NCBI RefSeq assembly: GCF_001949145.1
Contig: NW_019091358.1
Coordinates: forward strand, 2,180,240 to 2,244,239
Source: Acanthaster planci
Taxonomy: Eukaryota
Direction of reading: 5' to 3'
Length of the DNA: 64,000 bases
Under the pieces are notes generated by a model. That model saw only the letters and a list, made by a program, of their open reading frames with translations, searched no databases and was not told where the DNA came from. Shown here one piece after another: positions 12,971 to 23,571 of this stretch. A program made the position numbers and the translations under genes. The stretch's first letter is position 1. The number at the start of each line of letters is the position of its first letter.

Positions 12971-15762
12971 TACTATGATTATATATAATCATAAATAACA
13001 TTGCATCTTGCCTGACCAGAAGTGGTACACGAAGGTCCTGGGATATCTGACCAACAGCATCGGGTCCAAAGGAGTGGAAGAAGTCGGCCTGCCGACATGA
13101 AACGAAAGTTCAGACTATAAAAGTCTCATACGAGACGAGCATCGAGCCCGCCAAAAATTCGGAAAGTTGGTGAAACCAGCACCATAACCAGAAAGGTGAT
13201 GAAACCAGCACAACAGCCGTAGAAACCGTTTATAGATGCGGCTGCCAGCCGAACGAATATGCCACATAAAGTCCGTAGAGTCATCGGCCCGACGACGTAA
13301 AAACACTGCTGGTAGATACAGCCATCGTCAGCATGAACCCCTGGCCCAGTAAATGGTTGCTGTGCACTTGCTTTTGGGCATGTGATTAGTAAGGGGTATT
13401 GCAGTATACCTGTGTACAAACATTGTTTATTTCTGTTGAGTGTATTTTTATGTGGGGCCTTTAACAGAAGTGGTAACTTTCTTTTGCTGTCCAGTGTAGA
13501 AAAAAAAACCAAGATCGTGCGACTAAACGTTAGGACATGTCCATTCTCAACTAAAGGGGTGAATAATTAACACTGAATTCGTGACAGTATGTCCAACACT
13601 TAAAATTTTGGGTCCATTTTCGAATTCTGGCATCCCCCCAGAACGAAGACAAATTAAAGCAACGAAAAACTGTGCTAATTTAAAGGAAACACTAACCTTG
13701 TAAATGAAAGTTCCTTTTGGCAATGGTTTCCCTAAGGTCTTTCCACCTCATTACCTTTGTGACCGACTTTCGTCGGCAGTTTGCTTTCCCCCGCTCCTCA
13801 ACGTGCGTGTCCCCTGCGAGTCCGCACGTTTCCTCGAAATCGATCCCAAGCAGTGCGGTCGCTTTTATACAATGCCTAGCATTTGGTCTCTTGTTTGTTG
13901 GCGTGACATAGCCTTAGGTTGCTCAAGTACCGGAGTGAAGAGAAACAACAGACAAGCAGACGCACCACCCTCCCGACAATTGAAAATAACAAATGCTGTG
14001 TGGAGATCTCGGACTTGAAAGCACCAAAAATAAGGAGCTGTTGTATCGTACTGAACTTTAAATTCTACTATAGAGAATGATAAAAAAAAATAAAAAAATA
14101 ACGAGCTATTATAGTCCTGATGGAATACAATAGCTTAACAAATAAGTGGAGTAACAAGAACCACATTTATGTGACCCCCCAAAGAGATCCCATCTAGACT
14201 GGTTCCCAGTTCCCGCATGATCCTTTACACGGAATGTAAGGGACTTGTAGCGCGGAATAATTTCAGACGGAATTCTGACGAGTTTATGTGGAATAGAAAA
14301 TTAGCATAAAGATGCCCTCCAAAGAATGCATGAAGTCAAGCGTTTAGCCATTTCCCATTTACATATTAAATCAAGTTTATCCTACATTCCTCATACAAAT
14401 GAGCGAGAGAATTACTTGTGATATTTATTAATTTAGCCGCTATAAGACTTGATTGGAAACGTTTGATGCGAAAAGACATTACGTCAATGTGGGACTAAAC
14501 ACGGAGCTGTCATGTCGTGAACTTTAAATAGTCACCCATGACGTGTGATGCTGGTTTTGTCTCTGGTACGGCATGTGCAGATATAACATTCAAATTTAAC
14601 AGACCACATACATTTTCACAATCAAAAGCAGAATTCCCAATGCTATATTCACCATCACTTGCCTGTCAGAATCTCTTCTGTTTACCAATCGTACACAGGA
14701 GGATCTAAGTACAAGTCAAAATACACAAGCTATCAATCTGTTCCCCTGGTGCGTTACTTCTATTACACGTCTTATGGGGATAACACCACGTATACTGTTC
14801 TGAGGGAAAACTTGTTGTCAGTCTTATTAAAAGGGACTAGTATAATAGCCTCGTGGAAGCTTTCTTTGTTGAAGCGTCCAACTTTCCTTCTCGTTGAAAA
14901 AAAAATCAAGAGCCACGTTGTAACCTTTTATTCAAGTCAGATTTCCCCAGCGTGCGTGTAAAAAAATAAAAGAAAGAAAGAAATCGCTCCCCGGCTAGCG
15001 CATGCGCTTCATGAAGCTATCGGGGAACTGTCGAGCAGAAGTATTCAGATGGCAGCACGCGGACACATTATCTGCCTAGAGCTGAAGCACCTCCTCCTCG
15101 GTCGATAAGAGCAATGTTGGTAGGGAGTTTCAATTTGTTGGTAGCGTGGCGACATCAACGCGTACACTTTATAGTCGTTTGTGAACCAGCAAAGCGTAGT
15201 TCCCACCAAAGGAGCCTCTGTTACAAGGAAAATTGTGCTCTCTATTGGTCCAGCTTGGGGTTCATTCGGCGTTTTAAATGACCTATAAGTTATAATGCGA
15301 CTTAAGAGTGGGGTTTAGTGAGAGAAATGTTTTCTTCAGGTGGATATAGTGCATGCTAGCCCACAGGTATCAAAAGTTGTTGCAACTAATTCCCTCGACT
15401 TTGCTTTGGAAACTGGCTTGTCATCTTCTACTACCTCAGGGAGCTAACATAACCATATAGCCATGTTATGTTTGTATTCTCTGTAAACACACGTACCAGC
15501 TGTTTTACATACAAAGTGTGGACATTCCTTTGTTCTCCTATGGTTAAGGAATCTAGAGGAAAATGCTCCCTTTTCTCCAACTAGGATAACTCCTTTGAGC
15601 TGGATTTTTTATGAGGATTTCCTGGACTGTTCCTCTTCATTTTGCCACCTTAACAACCTTGACCCCAAAATGCCTCTGAAACTGTTTTTCAGAAAGGGAA
15701 AATCATTGTGCGGACGTGTGCGAGTCCACCCAACGCCATTGCACCTATATTATGTGGACTTC

Positions 15763-15802
15763 TTTTGTGCAGAGGTCCACACGTGTGGACCTCTGCACAA
15801 AA
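15763..15802. repeat. Perfect 40-bp spacerless palindrome
   Basis: TTTTGTGCAGAGGTCCACAC|GTGTGGACCTCTGCACAAAA. Confidence 0.97.
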
Positions 15803-16155
15803 TGTATGCCACGCCTGCAAATGCGTGTATGAGTGCGCACACAACGACCCATCAGAAGTACAGGCGACCGGCCCCTGTAATTAATTATTTGGACGGTGAC
15901 TAGTATTGGTCCCATTGTCCTTTGTTTAATTTTTGGCAACTTTAAGAATATTGCTGATCCATCATATTTGCCAATCAATGTACGTCTTTTAACCAAACCT
16001 CGCAGAGATTACATACAACGCCTTCATCGAAAGAGTGGACACAGCTAAGCACGAAACAGATGTGAATCTATTTTTATAATAGTACTAACTTCAGGTACAC
16101 AGAGTCACACCCAGCCCACTTTAATGTTGCTGCTCTTTTATTTTTATTTTAATAG

Positions 16156-16733
16156 TCTCGGCGCTGATACACTTGCCCTCAGTTGTGTTCATACAACTCA
16201 ATGAGAAGGAAGAGTGCTCCAGACTCTTCCCCCAGGGACAGACAAGTGCCAATATATATGCTGTCTTCGTGTTTGTGGTGATGTACGCCTTACCGCTCCT
16301 CGTCATCCTGTTTTGCTACACAAAAATCCTTCTTCAAACATGGCAACAGCCGGGTACCACACAGTTAACCAAGGGGGCTCAATGCCGCACCCTCACCAGG
16401 AAACGCAAAGTCACTAAAATGGTGTTCATCGTGGTGATGCTTTTCGCCCTGTGCTGGGCTCCCATTCACACCCTCACCGCGTGGCTACTCACTAACACTA
16501 CGGTTGAACCAACAGTACTCGTTGAAAACCTGAAGGGGTCCTTTTTGTGCATTGCGTACCTTAACAGTTGCGTCAACCCATTCGTTTATGCTTTCACTAC
16601 CACGACTTTCCGCAAGCGCTTTAGACATGTTCTTCGACCTCGGTGCAGCAAACTGCATGGGAAAAGTAATAGTTCTGCTATTAAAACAAACGTCGGCCGG
16701 TTAACATCTGGAAAAGAGGAATCTGTAATGTAG
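16156..16733 (+). CDS. KISS1R-like: Terminal coding exon copy A (TM4-TM7 and C-tail) of the KISS1R-like GPCR
   Basis: Acceptor ctctttta tttttattttaatag|TC. The phase-1 join to the upstream exon gives IWI-V-SALIHLPSVVF. ECL2 Cys, MYALPLLVILFCY (TM5), KRKVTKMV...CWAPIH (TM6) and YLNSCVNPFVY (TM7) are present. Open to TAG at 16731-16733. Confidence 0.85.
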
Positions 16734-16825
16734 TTAGCTGCATGCATGTGGAGACAGTGAGCCGCTGAAAGGAAACATTCTCTTTTGTAACTGTTTTCTC
16801 GTGTCTCTTTCTGTTTCTTTGGCAG

Positions 16826-17421
16826 TCTCATCCTTGATCCACCTTGCATCATTTATCTATGTTCACCTAACCGAGGATGGCACGTGCAAGAGTGATTTCC
16901 CGAATGCCCAGGTCAGTGACAAAGTCTACGGTCTGTTCTCCTTCCTCGGAATGTACATCGTGCCACTGATTTGTATAATGTTCTGCTACACACAAATCCT
17001 GATTCAGATCTGGCGGAAGACCTCGGGTGGGACTGAAAGTGCGCAGGCCCACACGCGAGCACTCCGAAGAAAGAGGAAAATTACCCGCATGGTGTTCATC
17101 GTCGTGGTATTGTTTGCCTTCTGCTGGGCACCAATTCAAATATTCACCGTCTGGTCAAGATTCAGCCTATCCGACTCCGATGAAAGCAAAGACCTTACGG
17201 TTGTCCAGAATTTGAAAGTGTCATTCGTGTGCATAGCGTACGCCAATAGCTGTGTTAACCCCTTCGTCTATGCCTTCACAACGACGAGTTTCAGGAAGTA
17301 CTTCCGAAAAATGTTTGCGACCTGTTGCAGGAGCCCGTATAAAGAGCGCACGAGTATTAGCATCAGTATGACCACTAAAACGGAGCGACTTCCACCGGGA
17401 GAGGAGGACTCGTCAATTTAA
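16826..17421 (+). CDS. KISS1R-like: Terminal coding exon copy B (TM4-TM7 and C-tail) of the KISS1R-like GPCR
   Basis: Acceptor gtgtctctttctgtttctttggcag|TC. The phase-1 join gives IWI-V-SSLIHLASF. MYIVPLICIMFCY, KRKITRMV...CWAPIQ, YANSCVNPFVY, helix 8 and a CC pair are present. Stop TAA at 17419-17421. Confidence 0.92.
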
Positions 17422-17527
17422 GAACCTATCTGTCGGCAGCTGGTGCCAGCTTATATACTGCATCTTGACATAGGACCACCAAGACTAATCAGTGTTAGGC
17501 AAACAGGATCTGCTCACATTATTTATA

Positions 17528-17533
17528 AATAAA
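17528..17533 (+). terminator. Candidate polyadenylation signal of the GPCR gene
   Basis: First AATAAA I see after exon B's stop. It lies in an A-rich run, so use is uncertain. Confidence 0.35.
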
Positions 17534-18239
17534 AAAAAAGTATTTGCAAACTGGCAAATTAACACCAGAGAGGGTACTGCAACCCAGTGAAAGTGTTCAT
17601 CTGAGGTAGAACTCTACGAGTCATCAGGCAGTCGTGTTCAGGCTGCACACGGTCAACCTGTATTTTCGAAATCTTTCAGAGTTCAACCTGCCTCTGTTTA
17701 AATGAATGGCGTTTTAAATGTGCGCTTTATGCGCTCTATCACTAATGCCTACTTTCCCTACATGAAGCGCGGATCTAGTTGAGTGTGCTAAATTTGGTCA
17801 AACACACGTCTAATATTGTGTATAATTTTAAATATGTATGAGCGTAGTACTGGTGTCATTGATCAAAGAGTAAGAGTACTTTCTAGAGAAGAGTTTTTTC
17901 GACATCAGAAGTCAAGTCTCAGAGCATTTTTATTGTTAAAGAAGTGTTCAGAGACAAGTCAGCCGAACTTCGAAGCTGTCAGTGTCTATACTCTTGAGTC
18001 TTTTCTCTTATTCAGTTCACAAGCATGCACGTACGTTCTTTTGATTGCATCAGTCGAATGCATGACGTACGTGAGTGGAGTAAATTATTGTGTAAAACTA
18101 CCGGGCATCATGGGTTATCTTCTGTGATAATGACAATGTGTATTATACCTACACGTACCGGTATACAGTGTCTTTTTAAGGTAAAGTGGTAAAGTACATT
18201 TCGTCCAAAATTAATTAATTATGACAGTAAATTGGGTAA

Positions 18240-18390
18240 TGTTTTGGTTACGATTGGTGGATTCAGCTTTTTGTTTGTTTAAGTTTCTTTTGTTTTGTTT
18301 CGTTTGCTCCGTTTCCTTTCGTTGTATTTTGCTCCTTGTTTGTGTTTCTGATTTTGTCTGAAAGTTTTTTTCTGTTCTTTCTGTTTCTAA
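18240..18390. repeat. T-rich low-complexity tract (TTTTG/TTTCT-like)
   Basis: ttttgttttgtttcgtttgctccgtttcctttcgttg... Confidence 0.6.
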
Positions 18391-19028
18391 CTCTAAGAAA
18401 ATGAAGGGAGGAAAAGTGAGATTTTGTATAATTAAATAGCACAAGGGCATAGCATATGAAACAAATTGGGAAGTGAAAGTATTTCAGTGTGTAATGCTGT
18501 AGAAATTGGACACAATCAATTGGCGTAATATACTGTATGTGTACTTTTCAGGTTACTCATTTAAAAACAAATTACCAAGAAGTGTTCTTGACTGTTATTC
18601 TCATATTTTGTGAATATGAACTTAAGGTTGGTGTAATCTATACGGACTTAAATATAAGCACAGTGTAAATAACACCGTTGATTTTGTGGTTCAAGTCTCT
18701 GGTTATTGTCTTCATCGCTTGTTGGAAAAAGGTTCACTCTCATGCTTGTAAATATTAATTCCCGAAGGGTTTTCTCTAACTTTGTAAAAAAAAAGAAGAG
18801 CGGGACTGACAGACAAACAAAAAAGAGGCCACCAACAATGCAGATTTTGTGAATGATGTAATGTGTTCTACTTTTACGATTGGTGTCCATTGCTGAGCGA
18901 CAGTGTGAATGAATAGAGAGTGGCAGCTACAAACCCAACTTCTCAGTGTCGTTTAACGTAGCTTCTAGGTCAATTGAAGATATTGGACGAAGGGCACCCC
19001 AACACAAACACCTTTATGTTGGTCACTG

Positions 19029-19157
19029 TTTGATCGGAATCTCAGGAATTCTTTACAGACATCTGGCGGATTTGTTAGGTAATAATAATCTAGGGTGTGT
19101 ATAGATATTGGACATGTAGGGTGGTACCCCTCCGTCCCATACCTTGATGGGTATATT
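19029..19157 (+). repeat. Dispersed repeat fragment, copy 1 (paired with 42906-43037)
   Basis: Shared tttgatcggaatctcag.aattctttacaga...tgttaggtaa...gtgtgtataga...ggtacccctccgtcccata.cttg. Confidence 0.85.
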
Positions 19158-19777
19158 GTTGGTGGGTTATTATGTTATAATAGCTAAAAGTAATGTCGTC
19201 GATTTTATACAAATGATAATTGATTTAAACAAAGGACCAATACCTGCCTAAGGGTTCAAAAATGATGTTTCTTGTCAGAATAAAGTGTAATTAGAGTAAT
19301 GATGACTTTAAACAAAATCAGACGGGCCGAAGAGAACATTAACACAAAATACAAATCACTGATAGAAAGCAGAGTTCAGATGCTGTGCAGTATATTTGAA
19401 ATATAAAGGTGTCTGCACGTTTAGCTATCACGAGTAGGAAGTTGTGTTAACAATTAACATCAATTTAATTTGTAATCATATCGTTAATCGGTGTTAATAC
19501 TTACCTTTGCTGTCTATAGCACGGTTTGTGTAGTGGTATTTGCTGGCACAGTGCTCATTTTACTTCTTCGTTGAAAGTCATTATTACCATTACAGAAAAC
19601 GTTTGAAATTCAGAGAAATGACGGTATGTCACTAGCCCGATTCCACTGAAGGCTTTGGTACCTTTATTCGAAGGCAACGTACACTGTCGTCTCATGAATT
19701 TGCCATTCTTGCCTTTAGAAAATATAAAACACGGCATTGCTAATGTTTCATCGAATCAATAAAAATGGATTGTTAGC

Positions 19778-20527
19778 CCCAGCGTCTTCCTCATAATGGT
19801 CATAAGTTCAACTTCTTGGCCAGCCACTAAGGTATAGCTTGTCGAAACAATCATCTTCTACGAAAGCTGTGAGTGCCGTCAAGTATATATTTTCAAATAA
19901 TATTTTTTTTTGAAGATTGTTATTATGAAGTGTATTTTTGAAACTTCGTTTTAACAAGATATATTTTACCAAGCTCGTTTGTTAACTATAGGCATATTTT
20001 TTGAGATATATAAGTAGAAGTGTTTTTACTACTTCTGGAAACAAATCGTTTAACAAGATATACTTTTCCAGGCTCGTGTGTAGGAGATTTTTACATTAAT
20101 TTTTATTATTTTTTTAGTTTGTTTTGTGAGAAATTTGAAAAACAAATAAAATCTGACAATATAACTGCATAATTATTTTTCTGAATAATAACTACATTCT
20201 AACTAATAACTAATACAAAAACACATTTCAAAAAATAACTCAATCAAAAATAAATCTCGAGAAAATGATTTGTTACCAAAAATAGAAACAAGATTTCTAA
20301 ATATATATCTCATAACGAACTGGAAAATATATGTCTTGGAACAAACACATTTTGGGAAAGTAAATCTTGTAAAAAACTAAGTTGGACCAAACATATATCC
20401 TAAAACGTATTAAAATGTGCTTCACTTTTTGAAATAATGCACTTGATGGCACTACAAGGCTTGCGTAATTTCCCATGTACATCCTATTTATTTCTCTGCT
20501 ATCCCATGTACTCTGGACCATGCTGGG
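19778..20527. mobile_element. Possible decayed palindromic non-autonomous DNA transposon
   Basis: aacaagatata..tt..cca units on the left (~19953, ~20051) and inverted variants on the right (~20320-20372); weak CCCAGC...GCTGGG ends. Confidence 0.3.
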
Positions 20528-22745
20528 CATATATAAGTTCATGAACGAACACAGCAAGCGCATGGTCACGTCCAATATAGGGTAAATCTATGCGCTTACA
20601 GTTTTGTTATTAAAGGAAACGTATAGCGCCAGTGTGTTTAAAAACAAAACAAAACAAAACAAGAAAACCGAAACAACTAAGAAGTCGAGGAAATGATCCA
20701 CTTGTTTAAAGTGTAGCTGCAACATTTTGTTTCTTAAATTCTTTTTCTGTATAATTTTATCTCTTCAATGTGTGAAAAATATTTTAAATTTGGTTTTGAT
20801 GAGATGCATTAAAAAGTTCTGTTTTCAAGCATACAAGATTTCCTCCGAGACAACTGAGGGCGCGGTTGCCGTGATGTCATCTAAGGATGAAATTGGTCAG
20901 GAAATAAGTTTTCCTGTTAAAGTTTCTTAACGAGGCTTGCTTGCTTGCTGCTTGCTGGCTTAATTTTATTAATTCATAATACAATGAATACCAAAGAAAT
21001 AGAAATTTAGAGAAGCTTATTTTTCCCCAAATGCAACAGTTTTGTGCATAAACCAGCGCTGCAGATTTCTTCCTGAGAGGACATCATAATGTTGCTTCCG
21101 ATTATTGAAATAATTACTAGCATAACAAAACAAAAGACAGCCAAAAAAACCCTTTTTAATAGTGAAGCACACATTTTGAAAAAGTTAACTGAGAGAGAAG
21201 GGTGGAGTTCGAAGGTTTGACTTGCGCTTATAGGTTAGCACTATTTTTAACAACCTACTGTCTTATTCAAATGATTCACTATCTCAAGCGCACGACTTAT
21301 TTTCTTTAAATAAATCAGCCGCCTTGTTTAAATGACCTACTCTCTCGTGTAATGGAACTAATGTCTCGTTAAAATTATTAATTATCCTCTTTAAACTGTA
21401 TAGTAAATCTACATTACGTGTAAACGACCTAGCTATATCTGGTTGAAAAGACCAAAAATGCTAGTTTTTGATAATTTTTGGTACTTCAGTGCAACCTAAC
21501 TTGACGTGGCTGGGTTTATTTCTCTGTCACGTTGTTGGAACATAAATATTGGTATGTCAGTGTCGACACCAGAAAATCCTTATGGGGACACTGGGTTTAA
21601 CTGTGTTCACAACCTTGCACATAGAGAGAACACAGAGTGGCCATGGCTAGTGTTTGTACGTGGCACTGTTTACGTAGCCTTTGAAAGCGTTCATATAAAA
21701 TATTATCATTGTGTCATTACTGTGAAATTTTTCTCAGGGGTCGTCCTTGAAATTGCTTGAAAACGAGATATTAACAGTTTAGTTTAAACGACACAAAGGT
21801 ATTGATAATTGGCAGCAATACGCTTCCGTAGTTATCATTGTTACCAGAGAAAACATATATAATCCTATACAGAAGGGGTGGGTTGTTTCTATCGAACTTC
21901 CAGTCTATGGACACCAAGTGAATGGACGCTTTTGGGCAGTTTTTAGCTGTTTAATATCGTCGGCGTTTATTGTTCAGCCTTGATGCTCTCGTACGCGACC
22001 GCTTCGTAATTAGAAGCGTAATAATGCATAGGCCTACTTACAAAGCGCACTACGGCCACCTATATCAAGGAAGGCCTGAGTCAGGAAGAATAAATATAAT
22101 TGTTGACACAAGGAAGGAAAAATTAGTGTAAAAATAGGGATCTAAACCGAGTCAGTCAAGTCCACGGAGGATGTGGTATGTCCATGCAGTTTGGAGTAAG
22201 CCTGGAGACGGCATTTCATGATTGAACATCACGATTAGTTTTAGCATTATCTATGGCATTTGGATATTTCATTCTGCATTTAAAGGTGCCAAAACAATTT
22301 AATCTTTTTTGAGTTTGGTAATATCATATTACCCTCCGATAGGTTGCTCGGAATGAGGCATATCAGAGAGAGGAAAGCCTTAGAAGTAGAGTGCTATCGT
22401 TGTTGGTGAAAAATGCATTTTATCCGCTGCCTGTCTCTGGTGGTTTCCCTGCCTTGGCCTATCCAACATAATCTGTCGTTTGGATACATGGCTGGAAGCC
22501 AAAGTCTCAATTTACTGATGAATTTGCACCTTACATTCAGCGTCGCATGACACTGAATGCGTCCCTAGTCGTACTTGGCACGTAAAGTTTCCATTAAACA
22601 AAACCCGCCGACAGATGCCGTAAGGATATCCACTCTAAAAGAACCTAATGCTAAGACCTGCCACGCATGCTGGCGGCTAATTAGAAAGTAAGGTCTAACG
22701 ACTGACTCGAACGTTACAAGCCGAACGTTAGTTGTTCCCTCCATA

Positions 22746-23571
22746 TACAAGGTGACCCCCACCCCCCAAAAAAACACGACTCAAAACCAATACCGGTATT
22801 TATTGTCTGCCAAAATAAATTATTGCTTATTGTACCAAATTAAAGCATGAGGTGTTATCTTGTCTAAATTTCTAATTTATTTTGAAGACTTCGTTTCAAT
22901 GTTGATGTGTTGGGGAGATCATTGCGACTACGTAATATAAGTGCTGATTTGTTCTGCCCAATGCGATTTACCACAGCAATCAGAATTTTGTAATCAAATA
23001 ATAATAATTGACTAATACCCTTTGACACAGTGGCATCATTAGAAATACCTAGAAAAAGAGGATGCCTAATTGAACTGGGTTCTGTTATTTCAAAATCTCA
23101 TTTTTTATTCCACTAACAAACGAATAGGATCCTGACCTGAAACGGTTCAGAGTAGTTTCTTATACAAAGTAATTGTAACTTACGTCTTACAAATTGACTT
23201 GTGGTAAATTCCAAAGGTGTGGCTGAAGTTGCTTCCTGGAAAACAAACTCATTAAACTCTGAAACTGCACCAGTAATTAACCCCCATTGTCTTCTGAAAT
23301 AAGTATCAGGTTTGCCAAGTTCAGGGCTAGAATAAGATTTGAAAGAGGTTTGTCAAAACAGTTGTATGGTAATTCAGGATTTGAATTTATTGATTGAGTC
23401 TACTGTGAAATTAATTGTATAAACTTCAATTTCACAGGAAAAATGAAGTGTGATACGCAAATAAAAACATCTCCGCAGCACATCATCGGATTTAAATGAA
23501 GTGTTCGTTTTGAACCGATATCTTCCTAACTTAATACAAAAAAAAAAACATTTTGGGGGTGTAACCATGTA
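22746..23571. mobile_element. Non-autonomous DNA transposon with TA-flanked imperfect TIRs (Tc1/mariner-like)
   Basis: Left TA-CAAGGTGACCCCC, right GGGGGTGTAACCATG-TA (reverse complement TA-CATGGTTACACCCCC); interior homologous to 5722-6250. Confidence 0.55.

Noticed and set aside
13126..13512. Hydrophobic minus-strand ORFs (also 41584-41925) as membrane-protein exons
   Set aside because: No recognisable family motifs or supporting splice structure
16173..17421. Reading ORFs 16173-16733 and 16801-17421 as two standalone single-exon genes
   Set aside because: They start at TTG/GTG, lack TM1-TM3, and their mutual homology begins exactly at splice acceptors
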